Notes under the pieces: model-generated
Databases searched by the model: none
The model's input: the letters and a program-made list of their open reading frames with translations, nothing else
Told to the model about the DNA's origin: nothing
In this document: positions 1 through 8,943 of the stretch, one piece after another
Position numbering within the stretch: position 1 is the stretch's first letter
Layout of the letters: each line of letters starts with the position of its first letter
Program-made: the position numbers and the translations under genes
Source of the DNA: Chrysiogenia bacterium
Lineage (GTDB): Bacteria; JAGRBM01
NCBI GenBank assembly: GCA_020434085.1
Contig: JAGRBM010000369.1
Location: 1-42,818 of the forward strand
Reading direction: 5' to 3'
DNA length: 42,818 nt

Positions 1-3000
1 ACGCGGCCCGGAGCCTTGGCCGACTCGGCATCGCCGCCGCTTGCCCGCGAGGGACCGGCCGGCGGCAGGGAGAGCATCCAGCCGACGGTCTCGAAGGTCT
101 CGATCCCCAGGCCCCGGTTTGCAAAGATCTGCGAGAGCGGGTCGGGCGTCTTGAAGTTGGTCAGTTGCAGCACGCCTTCGTCGACCGCCGCAATGGTGAC
201 GTAGGTGGGTTCCGAAAGCCTTCCCACGTCCACGCTGACGTCGAGTTTACTGTTGGGGAGAATTTCCTCGGGCGCGGCAATGCTGACGGTCCCGACAAAG
301 CCCTCCGGCTCGATCTTGATCGATTGCACGCCGAACGCGCGCCCGGGCAGGAAGGCTTCCTTCGAGTCAATGTGCGGATCCTTTACCAGGAAGGCGCTGA
401 CGTAGACGTTGGGCGCAAAGTCCTCGACCTCGAACTCCCAGCTCACCGTGCCGGTGGCAGCGTCCATCCATTGCGACTCGATGACGTGGTCGGTTTCCAG
501 GGTGAACAGAATCCGGCCGCGGTAGGGAACCTCCGCGTTCGCCTGGGCTTTCTCGCCGACCTTGATCTGCGCGGGTACCTTCAGTGGCAAAGATTTGGGG
601 CGCAGGGGCCTTGGCGTTTCGTCGCGGCGGCTCATGCCCTGGCCTTCATCGAACCACCACCAGAAGTCGTCCTCGAAGTCACCTTCAAGATACAGATCGG
701 TCTCGGCCCTGCCGCTCCGGGCGCGCACGATGTAGCCGACCGCGCGGGAGTTAGGGGTGAGGGTTTCCTTGAATCGCCCGCCGCTCACCGTGACCTTTTG
801 CTTCCCCTCGGAAACAAGCCGCTGGATTCGTTCGTATTTCCACCAGCCGTCACTATCGTCGCGGTACCAGTTGAGCTCCTGCTCCACGTGGTAGAGCTGA
901 AACTCAATCTCCTCTATGTCGGAAACGATCTCGCCGTTCCAGTCCACGACCAGCCCTTCAATCTGAACCGGAGCCCCAGGACCCACGGCCTTGGCGCCCG
1001 AGGCGAGGCCCACGTAGTAGCGCTCGGGATGGACGCTCACCCGGGCCGTGCCCGTGGTGCTTCTCCCGCTTCCGGCCTCGAACACCGAAGCCCGCGCCAC
1101 CATCTCACCGGGTCCGCGGAAAGCGCCCGCTTCCAGGGGGCTGGGGCAGATCGCATCGGCGTGTCCCTTCTTGCCCAGCACGCCGGTCAGGTTGCCGACC
1201 AGCAGCGTGCGTTGTTTCGATTTCTCGGGATTCCAGACGCCGTAGGTGAACTCGGTGTTTTTCGGCGGCCGGAAACCCGTCGGCTTGAGCTGGCAGCTCA
1301 CCTCGTAGCGACTGCCCTCGGCGTCGCCACCGAAGAGGTACTCGGCGTCGATTGCGACGGGCACGGTCTGGTTGATGAGATAGGGGCCCTCGCCGGGCTT
1401 CACCTTGACCCGCATACGTTCGGGAACAAATTCCTCGACATTGAAGCCATACTGCGCGATCTGCGTCTTGGCGATCTCCAGGCTGAGCTTGTAGGCGCCG
1501 GTGTCTGCGAAGTCGGCGAACTGTTGATCGTAAGCGACAATGCCCGCGTCGTTGGTCTTGAGCGCCCGGCGTGCCAGGACTCTGCCTCGCGGATCGGTGA
1601 GGATGAGTTCCACGGGCATTTCCGCCGTCGGGGCGACGTAGGATTTGTCGCGCACGATGCCGACCAGGTGCGCCGTCTCGCCCGGACGGTAGACGCCGCG
1701 ATCGCTGTAGAGAGCCGCGGAATAGGCGGCCGCGCGCTCGTATGGCTCGCCCTGCACCTGCGAGCCTTCGAGATCGACCTCCAGCTCGCTGAATTTCAGA
1801 AAGGTGAAGTCATTCCCCTTTGTGGCCACGATGGCGAACGGCGGGCTCTTGTCTTCTCCCGCCGGCCCGGCCTCCAGCACGCACCCGCCGCCTCCTCCGC
1901 TCGTGCATTCGGCGACGGCCCTGCCGCTCTTGGTGATCCACTTGATCCGCGCGCCCGAGGCAGGCGCGGCGGTGTGGGCGTCGATGGCCCAGACGTTGAG
2001 GTGCTTGCCCCATCCGTCGGGCGAGGGGGCGCTGCTTCGCTTGACGATGAGATTCAGATTCGTCAGTGCAATCCGGGCGGTGTCGCGCTTGCCTTTCGCC
2101 GTGACGGTAAGTTCATAAACACCGCGCTCGGGACTTGGAACCAGCGCCTCCAGATCGATCCAGCTCGTTTTCTGTTCGTCGAGCTGACCGGAGACGCGGA
2201 GCGTCTTCTGCAACACGAGATCGGAGGTCCGGTCATCGGTCTGCTCGCTCTCGCCGCTGAGCCAGTAGACGACATTCTGTGCGCCCACGTGGCGCACGGA
2301 GAGCACCAATTCATCGACGTTGAGATGGCGAAGCGGAAGATTGCCCCAGCTGTCGGCGGGCAGGTAGCGACCCTTCGAACCGAACGCGACGCTGGGGCTG
2401 CGCTCGGGTACGGTAAACAGCGTCTCGTAGGTCTCACCCAGCACGCCGCCGTCTTCGGAGCGCGCGCCCGCGTCGATGCGCATGCGGTAGCTCCCGCGCG
2501 CGAAGTCGCCCAGCAGCCGGAATCCCCGCCGGGTGGCGGAGACACTGACCTGTACCGGCGGGTCGAAGTGAACCGCCGTCTCCACGTCTTCGGGCCGCAG
2601 AACGCAACGATCAGAAATGTAGATGTAGTCGCGGCGCATACTGTCCCAGCGGTAGTAGTTCTTGCCGCCGGCCGCGCGGTCGTCGCAGACGACTTCGATG
2701 AAGTGGCCCGATGCGCCTTCCTTGCGATTGGCTTCGAAGATGGTGAGTGCTTCGCCGAGTTTGACCAGAAGCCGCTCCTCGGTGGCGGGCGCTCTAACCG
2801 AGCGGTCGCCTGCCAACTGGACGCCATCCTGCATGACGAACTGCACCTGCGCCTGGGTCTTCGCCGTCGAGGGACGGAGCTTCACACGCGCCACGTTCGG
2901 CCGGTCCGCCGCCTGGTAGCTGACATCGGTTACGCCCGCACCGTCGATGAGCCAACGACTCGATTGCCGCAGGCTTCCCAGATCCACCGGCGCGGAAAAG

Positions 3001-3581
3001 ACGAGATCGAGCTCCGCCTGAAGGGTGCGCTGGACCTTGTTCACCTTGTGGGGCGAGACGCGCACGAGGCGGAAGGCGGGTGCCTCGAACGCGAAGTCCC
3101 ATGCGTTGGCACTGGGCGGTTCGAGCACGCCGTCCTTGGTTTCGAGTTTCTCCAAAGATGCAGTGAACCTGGTGGCGGGCGGCAGCGGCTTCTCGGGCTC
3201 GAAGAGCAGGCTCGCTGGACCGGTTCGCATCAGCCTTCCGCTGACCTCGGGCGAGAGGGAAAGAACGGTCTTGTCGGAGACCGCCTGATTCACCTGCTCG
3301 GGCTCGAACACGATTTGGGAGAAGGAAATTTCGATCTGGTGGGGAACGACGCCCTCTTCGCCGATGAGCCGGAAGAACGGGCGCACCTGTGCCGCGGTAA
3401 CGGCGGGCCTGGTCGAGACTTCCTTCGGGCCGGTATCGGGAACCTGCGTGGGGGCGGACCTCGCCGCGACTTTCTTTTCGTCTTTCCTGATTTCTCCCTT
3501 GCAGCTCAAAGCCCCGGTTGCCAGAAGACAGGCAAACACGGCGGCAAGCGCGCAGGTACGGACACGGATGGAAATCTGCAT
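1..3581 (-). CDS. alpha-2-macroglobulin family lipoprotein (YfhM-like); N-terminal ~1193 codons, 3-prime end beyond window
   Basis: Not in the ORF track because there is no stop in the window. Reverse-strand ATG at 3581-3579 has GGAGG 7 nt upstream. My translation starts MQISIRVRTCALAAVFACLLATGALSC (signal peptide plus lipobox LSC) and I saw no stop down to position 1. Segments YRPGETAHLVGIVRD, VEEFVPERMRVKV and AAVDEGVLQLTNFKTPDP match conserved blocks I recall from E. coli YfhM / bacterial alpha-2-macroglobulins. The thioester region would lie off-window. Confidence 0.85.
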   Translation of the reverse strand, partial: MQISIRVRTCALAAVFACLLATGALSCKGEIRKDEKKVAARSAPTQVPDTGPKEVSTRPAVTAAQVRPFFRLIGEEGVVPHQIEISFSQIVFEPEQVNQAVSDKTVLSLSPEVSGRLMRTGPASLLFEPEKPLPPATRFTASLEKLETKDGVLEPPSANAWDFAFEAPAFRLVRVSPHKVNKVQRTLQAELDLVFSAPVDLGSLRQSSRWLIDGAGVTDVSYQAADRPNVARVKLRPSTAKTQAQVQFVMQDGVQLAGDRSVRAPATEERLLVKLGEALTIFEANRKEGASGHFIEVVCDDRAAGGKNYYRWDSMRRDYIYISDRCVLRPEDVETAVHFDPPVQVSVSATRRGFRLLGDFARGSYRMRIDAGARSEDGGVLGETYETLFTVPERSPSVAFGSKGRYLPADSWGNLPLRHLNVDELVLSVRHVGAQNVVYWLSGESEQTDDRTSDLVLQKTLRVSGQLDEQKTSWIDLEALVPSPERGVYELTVTAKGKRDTARIALTNLNLIVKRSSAPSPDGWGKHLNVWAIDAHTAAPASGARIKWITKSGRAVAECTSGGGGGCVLEAGPAGEDKSPPFAIVATKGNDFTFLKFSELEVDLEGSQVQGEPYERAAAYSAALYSDRGVYRPGETAHLVGIVRDKSYVAPTAEMPVELILTDPRGRVLARRALKTNDAGIVAYDQQFADFADTGAYKLSLEIAKTQIAQYGFNVEEFVPERMRVKVKPGEGPYLINQTVPVAIDAEYLFGGDAEGSRYEVSCQLKPTGFRPPKNTEFTYGVWNPEKSKQRTLLVGNLTGVLGKKGHADAICPSPLEAGAFRGPGEMVARASVFEAGSGRSTTGTARVSVHPERYYVGLASGAKAVGPGAPVQIEGLVVDWNGEIVSDIEEIEFQLYHVEQELNWYRDDSDGWWKYERIQRLVSEGKQKVTVSGGRFKETLTPNSRAVGYIVRARSGRAETDLYLEGDFEDDFWWWFDEGQGMSRRDETPRPLRPKSLPLKVPAQIKVGEKAQANAEVPYRGRILFTLETDHVIESQWMDAATGTVSWEFEVEDFAPNVYVSAFLVKDPHIDSKEAFLPGRAFGVQSIKIEPEGFVGTVSIAAPEEILPNSKLDVSVDVGRLSEPTYVTIAAVDEGVLQLTNFKTPDPLSQIFANRGLGIETFETVGWMLSLPPAGPSRASGGDAESAKAPGR

Positions 3582-3916
3582 GGAACCCTCCCCCTGAAAA
3601 ATCGCTGCAGGTGTGACCCGCGAATAGTACGGGAAGGGGCGCTGGAGGGCAATGACGGGGGCCAAGTGACCGATAATGCGTCGGTTGGCGTGTGGGAGAC
3701 ACGAGGTACCAGTCTCGGCGAGATAGGGGCGGGGCCCCTTGGCTGCCACGAGATTGCCGCGTGGTGATGCACCGGTTGAATCCTCGTTACCACGTGGCGA
3801 TTCGAGGCTGTCGTCATCATTCCAGCTCCCGGTATCCAGGAGTTGCGCACAGCTTTCCTTTGCGAACACGCATGGCGAGCTTACGGCCGAGCACATCGCT
3901 CGAAAGGAAATCCGCC

Positions 3917-5323
3917 ATGTCCGACCAGAATGAAATCTACCCCGATGGGGAAAGCCGAGTTTACACTCCTGGGCCCGAGCCTGCGTATACAGAGCCACGC
4001 AGGGCCCAAGCCGAACCGGCGAGGGCGGAACCCGCACCCGTAACGGAGAAGCCCTCCCGCAAGAGCCTCCTCGCCGAGGAGGCGCAGACGCTCTCGGAAA
4101 TCATCGCATCGCTGGGCGGCGCAACTGCGGGGCGCCTCAAGCTCTGCGTGCAGCGAAATGTCCGCGGGATCGGCTGGAAGTCCCTGCGGGCGATCCAGAT
4201 CGAGGAGTGGATGATTGACAATGGTCTCGACGTGCCCGAAGTCGTAGGGGAGGCCTATGGCGACGGCTTCTACCGCTGGCAGCTCCGTTATGCCGGAAGA
4301 TTCCTGCGCAAGGGGGATTGCCATTTGGAGGGCTATGAGCACGTCCGCGACGACGCAATTCCGCCGCCCGATAGCGAGGATATGCCGCAGGTTGATCTTG
4401 TGCAGCTCCTCGAACAGCTTCGCAAGGAAATGCGCGACGAAATCAGGACCGCGACCGCGATGCCGCAGACGCTCTCGGGTCAGGGGGATCAGCTCAAGGC
4501 CGTGATGGAACCGCTCATGCGCTTCCTCGAATCGAAATTCCCCGGACAGCCCACCAAGCCCCAGGGCGCCGATCCAACGGTGACAGCTCTCATCTCGATG
4601 ATGGCGCAGCAGACCAACACGTTCATGCAGGTCATGGCGCAGGGGATGACTCACGCGCCCGCATCGGCGCAGCCCACGCTCACCGAGAACGTGCGTGTGC
4701 TCAAGGAGATCATGGAAGTGGCGCGGGGGCTCAGCACGCCGCAGTTTGCTCCATATGAAGACTCAGAAGATACGTATGACGATGCAATCCCCGACCTTCT
4801 CGCTCCGTTGCAGGAACAGCCCGCCGCGCCGCAGGGAAATCCGATCATGGATCAGCTGGGCAAGAGTGTCAGCGCGGCGGCGAATCGGCTGCTGACCAAT
4901 CTCGTGCAGGTGGGGGAGGAGAGGCTCGCCGAGCAAGTCACCCAGATGGCCGGGGCACAGCAGGCGCCCGCGCAGGCGGCTCAGACTGCTCCGGTTCAGA
5001 ACGCCGAGAGCGCGTCCTCAGCAGCGGACCCCGCCCAGGAGATCGAGATCCTCTGCGATGCCCTCGATCACTGCATCACGTATCAGATCCCGCCAGAGCG
5101 ACTCGCCAGGGAACTGGCCTCCACCTATCCACCCGAAACGCTGCAGCAACTCACTGCCGAGGGCATTGACGCCCGGCAACTCGCTGACGGACTGGCCATC
5201 ATGGGCAAACCGGAGCTCGCACAAAAACTGCGCGAACCGGCGTATGCGGAGTATCTGGAAAAGCTGATCGGGGCGTTGCGGGAGAGAACCCTGGGGGCTT
5301 TACCCGATGGCTTGGATTCTTGA
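3917..5323 (+). CDS. hypothetical protein (468 aa; acidic, with Q/A-rich low-complexity segments)
   Basis: Part of track ORF 3692-5323. I prefer the in-frame ATG at 3917 (MSDQNEIYPDG...) because AAAGGAAA lies 7-14 nt upstream. An alternative ATG at 3872 has no Shine-Dalgarno sequence. I recognise no family motif. Confidence 0.6.
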   Translation: MSDQNEIYPDGESRVYTPGPEPAYTEPRRAQAEPARAEPAPVTEKPSRKSLLAEEAQTLSEIIASLGGATAGRLKLCVQRNVRGIGWKSLRAIQIEEWMIDNGLDVPEVVGEAYGDGFYRWQLRYAGRFLRKGDCHLEGYEHVRDDAIPPPDSEDMPQVDLVQLLEQLRKEMRDEIRTATAMPQTLSGQGDQLKAVMEPLMRFLESKFPGQPTKPQGADPTVTALISMMAQQTNTFMQVMAQGMTHAPASAQPTLTENVRVLKEIMEVARGLSTPQFAPYEDSEDTYDDAIPDLLAPLQEQPAAPQGNPIMDQLGKSVSAAANRLLTNLVQVGEERLAEQVTQMAGAQQAPAQAAQTAPVQNAESASSAADPAQEIEILCDALDHCITYQIPPERLARELASTYPPETLQQLTAEGIDARQLADGLAIMGKPELAQKLREPAYAEYLEKLIGALRERTLGALPDGLDS

Positions 5324-5354
5324 TATGAAAATCTGGAAGGAGGTGACCGGGGTG

Positions 5355-6245
5355 CTATGCCAGATCCTCGCGGATGGGGTTCATCTGCTCCCACCATGAA
5401 CGAGTGAACCACGTTTCCGTGAACTTCCCTTCGAGTTCCATCGCCAGTTGGGCCCGTTGCTCTATCGAAAATCCCGAGTCGACGCCCCACCCAGAGCGGA
5501 TACGAACTCGGCTCCATGCGCCGCTGGGAAGCCTTTCGATTTCAAGAATCTCCGCGCGCCCGTTGCCGTAGGAAAGACCCACATAGGTCTCGCCGATTTG
5601 AGGGTCGGCATTGAAGTCTGGCGACTTCAGGTCGCGCGCCCGGGCCACGAGATGGTTCAGCCGGAACGGCCATGCGGAGGAGGGAGTTTCGCTGGGCCGG
5701 GGGGCTCGAACGGGGCAGCTCTCGCGGGGGTCGCATCGCCGATGGCGTTCAAAGCTGTGACGGGCGAGCAAAAGGCAGCAAGCGTTGGCACCGCTCAATA
5801 CCGGGGAAAGGACTTGCTCGGGATCATCCTCCCACGTGCAGACAGGGCAGACGTCATACCGGCCAAGTGCCGCGAGCGTGAAACAGAAACAAACGGGGCA
5901 CTGGTTCAGTCCATTCCAATCCGATGCCAGCGACAGGCTCTGGACGAACACTTCGAGATCCTGGAGCCAGCAAAGCCGACCTGGAAGTGAGCCGACATCT
6001 TCCCGGAAGCTCAATCCAAAGGGCTTGCGGTGTCCATGTTCAAGCCAGCATTGCTCCCTGGCATTGGCGCCGTAGGGATACATGTGCGGGCGCCTGGAAA
6101 AGCCAATGCGGTAAGTCAGCTCGAAATCCCGGTGAGCGATCTCCCACCTGCCGTCGACGTGGGGCGGATCCCAAGACTCTGCGTCAATTCGCCAGCCCTC
6201 GGCGATCAGGCGTTTGCGAAGCAGTTGTCGGTGCCAGCCTGGCAT
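5355..6245 (-). CDS. hypothetical protein with a CPCC-type cysteine-rich motif
   Basis: Track ORF 5355-6332. The internal ATG at 6245 (MPGWHRQLL...) has GAGG 7 nt upstream, so the start is uncertain (6332 is the alternative). It contains CPVCFCFTLAALGRYDVCPVCTWEDDPEQ...SGAN, which resembles the Cys_rich_CPCC family pattern CPCCG..L....YEICPVCFWEDD. Confidence 0.65.
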   Translation of the reverse strand: MPGWHRQLLRKRLIAEGWRIDAESWDPPHVDGRWEIAHRDFELTYRIGFSRRPHMYPYGANAREQCWLEHGHRKPFGLSFREDVGSLPGRLCWLQDLEVFVQSLSLASDWNGLNQCPVCFCFTLAALGRYDVCPVCTWEDDPEQVLSPVLSGANACCLLLARHSFERHRRCDPRESCPVRAPRPSETPSSAWPFRLNHLVARARDLKSPDFNADPQIGETYVGLSYGNGRAEILEIERLPSGAWSRVRIRSGWGVDSGFSIEQRAQLAMELEGKFTETWFTRSWWEQMNPIREDLA

Positions 6246-6376
6246 GTAATCCCTCGAAATAACCGGTGCCGATCGACCGCGCACCGATGGACTCCCGAGA
6301 TTTTGGCAGCTGGATATGTCACCTGCTGTCACACCTCTCCGGGAACCTCAACAAAACGAACCCGGAGGAGGGACAA

Positions 6377-6694
6377 TCACAGGGAGAGCGTCCCTTGAAT
6401 GGTGACGGTAGTTCCTACCGGCAAAAGACCGCTGGGCGTGACGGCGACATCGGTAAGGCTTGGGACATCGCCGAGTTCGCAGGATGCGTAACTCGGCGAG
6501 ACGAGCGCTGGATTCCCGGGGCCCTGGATGGTGGCCTCAAATTGGACTTTGGTCGCGCCGGACTGGATTTCTTCGGAAATGCGGTCGTATTCGGGCCCGT
6601 CCACATCGATGTAGACATCGGCGCCTGGGCTTCCTCCAGTCAGCTTGCCCTCAAGGGGGTTTAGAGGGGGACTTAGGTTTAGTAATTTGTTCAT
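6377..6694 (-). CDS. small hypothetical protein (105 aa)
   Basis: Track ORF 6377-6751. The internal ATG at 6694 (MNKLLNLSPPLNPLEGK...) is preceded by TAGGAGAATTGCAG, a strong AGGAG Shine-Dalgarno. No signal peptide and no recognised motif. It lies upstream of, and co-directional with, the CPCC-motif gene. Confidence 0.5.
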   Translation of the reverse strand: MNKLLNLSPPLNPLEGKLTGGSPGADVYIDVDGPEYDRISEEIQSGATKVQFEATIQGPGNPALVSPSYASCELGDVPSLTDVAVTPSGLLPVGTTVTIQGTLSL

Positions 6695-6805
6695 CTGCAA
6701 TTCTCCTAAAATAATATTTTGATACTGCACTTGTAATTTACGAATCATCATCTATGCTTATTATAACACACGGGAGCCCGGACTCTCTCGGGAAGGCAAA
6801 AAAAC
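6695..6805. promoter_or_regulatory. AT-rich divergent intergenic region (probable promoters for the R-M operon and the minus-strand small-gene pair)
   Basis: This is the most AT-rich stretch I noticed in the window (aaaataatattttgatactgcacttgtaatttacgaatcatcatctatgcttattataac). It holds candidate -35/-10 pairs such as TTGTAA-16 nt-TATGCT on the plus strand. No experimental support. Confidence 0.3.
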
Positions 6806-7441
6806 TTGCTGGAAGCCCTGAAAAAGCCCGAAAAGCCCTCCTGGCGCCCCCTTGGGGAGCTAGCGGAGCTTTTTTCCGGCCTCCCGCTGCACCGGAAGCG
6901 GGCCCTTGCCGGGATGGCTGCGCCGGTCGTCCAGGTGGGGGACCTCCAGGGGGCCGAGGATCCCGAATGGCGGCTTGGCCGGGTTTCGGTGCCCGATCTG
7001 GGGCGCCACCGGCGCTTTCACCTTCGGGCGGGCGACGTGGCCATCGCCACCAAGGGGGCGGGCTTTCGCACCGCCCTCGTGCCGGCGCGCTGGGCGGGAG
7101 CGATCCTGACGGGGAACCTCATCGGCATCCGGGCTAGGGGGGAAGTCCTGCCCGAACTCCTCCATGCCTGGCTCTCGGGGGAGGAAACCCGCTGGCTCCT
7201 CGAATCGCGGGCCACGGGGTCGCGTCTGCTCAACATTTCTCTTAAATCTATCACGGAAGTGCCCGTGCCCGTTCTGCCCATGGCGGAGCAGGAACGCCTG
7301 GCCGAGCTGCTTCGGGCAAGCCGGGAACAGAGCGAGCAGGCGCTGCTGGCCTCGCGCCTCCGCACAAGAATTTCGCAAAAGATCGTTGCCGATGCTCTGC
7401 GCGGCGCGGAGTCATCCGACATCGGGGGAAACCGTTCATGA
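6806..7441 (+). CDS. hsdS: Type I restriction-modification specificity subunit, half-size (single target-recognition domain)
   Basis: 211 aa with a TTG start and GGAAGG upstream. It has the HsdS layout: W-x-P-L-G-E-L opening (SWRPLGELAELFSG), one TRD, then the conserved helical region VPVLPMAEQERLAELL. The stop overlaps the hsdM start (ATGA at 7438-7441). Confidence 0.8.
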   Translation: MLEALKKPEKPSWRPLGELAELFSGLPLHRKRALAGMAAPVVQVGDLQGAEDPEWRLGRVSVPDLGRHRRFHLRAGDVAIATKGAGFRTALVPARWAGAILTGNLIGIRARGEVLPELLHAWLSGEETRWLLESRATGSRLLNISLKSITEVPVPVLPMAEQERLAELLRASREQSEQALLASRLRTRISQKIVADALRGAESSDIGGNRS

Positions 7442-8943
7442 AAGTTATGACCACGACCCAGCTCTTCAGCCACATCTGGAAGGCCGCTGACATCCTGCGC
7501 GGCTCCATCGACTCGTCCGACTACAAGGGCTTTATCTTCGCCATGATGTTTTTGAAGCGTGCCTCCGACGTCTTCGACGAAGAGGCCGAGCGCATTCTGA
7601 AAGAAACCGGCGATGAGAAACTTGCCTACGACGAGCCCGACGAGCACCCGATCTTTGTGCCCAGGCGCGCGCGCTGGGAGGAGCTTCGCAAGAAATCCGC
7701 TCAGATCGGCGACGCCCTGAACAAGGCCTGCGAGGCCCTTGAAGAAGCCAACCCCACGCTCGAAGGCGTGCTGGCCGGCATCGACTTCAACGACGAGCAC
7801 AGACTCGGTGATGCCAAGCAGCGCGACACCCTGCTCGCGCGGCTCATCCTGCATTTCTCGGAAGTCAGCCTGCGCAATGACGCGCTGCCGAAATCGGACG
7901 TGCTGGGTGACGTCTACGAATACCTTATCGAGAAATTTGCCGATGACGCCGGCAAGAAGGGCGGCGAGTTCTACACGCCCCACGGCGTCGTGAAGCTCCT
8001 AGTGGAGCTTCTCGACCCCAAAGAGGGGATGCGCATCTGCGACCCGACCTGCGGCTCGGGCGGCATGCTTATTGAGTGCGCCCGGCACGTGAAGGGCGCG
8101 GGCGGCAATGTGCGCAACCTCTCGCTCTACGGGCAGGAAAAGAATCTGGGGACCTGGTCCATTGCCAAGATGAACCTCATCTTCCACGGCATCCGCGACG
8201 CGCGCATCGAGAAGGGCGACACCATCGCCCAGCCCAAACTCCTCGAACAGGGCGAACTCATGCTCTTCGACCGGGTGATTGCCAATCCCCCGTTCAGTCT
8301 CAAGGAATGGGGGCGCACTGCCGCCGAGGCCGACAGGTACGGGCGCTTCCGTTTCGGCATTCCGCCCGCCAGCAAGGGGGACATGGCGTTTCTGCAGCAC
8401 ATGGTGGCGAGTTTGAACTCCAAAGGCATGATGGGCGTCGTCATGCCCCACGGCGTCCTCTTCCGCGGGGCGAGCGAGGGGAAAATCCGCGAGGAGATCC
8501 TCAAGGAGGACTTGCTCGAAGCGGTCATCGGCCTGCCGCCGAATCTCTTTTATGGCACGGGCATCCCGGCCGCGATTCTCATCCTGCGCGCCAAAGGTGC
8601 CAAGCCCAGGGGCCGCAAGGGCAAGGTGCTCTTCATCCACGCGACCGAGGGATTCGAGAGCGCGCCCAACCAGAACAAGCTGCGCGAGCAGGACATCGCG
8701 CGCATCGTCGCGGCCTTTCGCGCGTTCAAGGACGAAGAAAAATTCGCCCGCGCCGTGCCGCTCGAAGAGATCGCGCAGAACGCGTTCAACCTCAATATTT
8801 CCCGCTACGTGGACCTGACCGAGGAAGAAGAAATCCCCGACGTTCGCGAGGCGCTCAAAGCCCTGCGCGAGGCCGAGAAGCGCCGCGACGAGGCCGAGAA
8901 GAAAATGAACAAGATGCTCAAGGAGCTGGGGTTCGAGGGATGA
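7438..8943 (+). CDS. hsdM: Type I restriction-modification DNA methyltransferase subunit M (N6-adenine)
   Basis: 501 aa. It has the SAM-binding motif DPTCGSGGML, the catalytic NPPF motif (VIANPPFSLKEW), and an HsdM N-terminal helical region (LFSHIWKAADILRGSIDSSDYKGFIFAMMFLKR). Confidence 0.95.
   Translation: MKVMTTTQLFSHIWKAADILRGSIDSSDYKGFIFAMMFLKRASDVFDEEAERILKETGDEKLAYDEPDEHPIFVPRRARWEELRKKSAQIGDALNKACEALEEANPTLEGVLAGIDFNDEHRLGDAKQRDTLLARLILHFSEVSLRNDALPKSDVLGDVYEYLIEKFADDAGKKGGEFYTPHGVVKLLVELLDPKEGMRICDPTCGSGGMLIECARHVKGAGGNVRNLSLYGQEKNLGTWSIAKMNLIFHGIRDARIEKGDTIAQPKLLEQGELMLFDRVIANPPFSLKEWGRTAAEADRYGRFRFGIPPASKGDMAFLQHMVASLNSKGMMGVVMPHGVLFRGASEGKIREEILKEDLLEAVIGLPPNLFYGTGIPAAILILRAKGAKPRGRKGKVLFIHATEGFESAPNQNKLREQDIARIVAAFRAFKDEEKFARAVPLEEIAQNAFNLNISRYVDLTEEEEIPDVREALKALREAEKRRDEAEKKMNKMLKELGFEG

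Noticed and set aside
165-3767. 1200-aa plus-strand ORF, the second longest in the track
   Set aside because: It is an in-register antisense shadow of the minus-strand alpha-2-macroglobulin gene. It has junk-like R/G/L/V composition, no Shine-Dalgarno sequence and no motifs.
8076-8939. N-terminal 288 codons of track ORF 8076-10160
   Set aside because: This is an out-of-frame overlap with hsdM encoding Arg/Pro/Gly-rich sequence. Recognisable HsdS sequence begins only at ATG 8940, which also forms an ATGA overlap with the hsdM stop.
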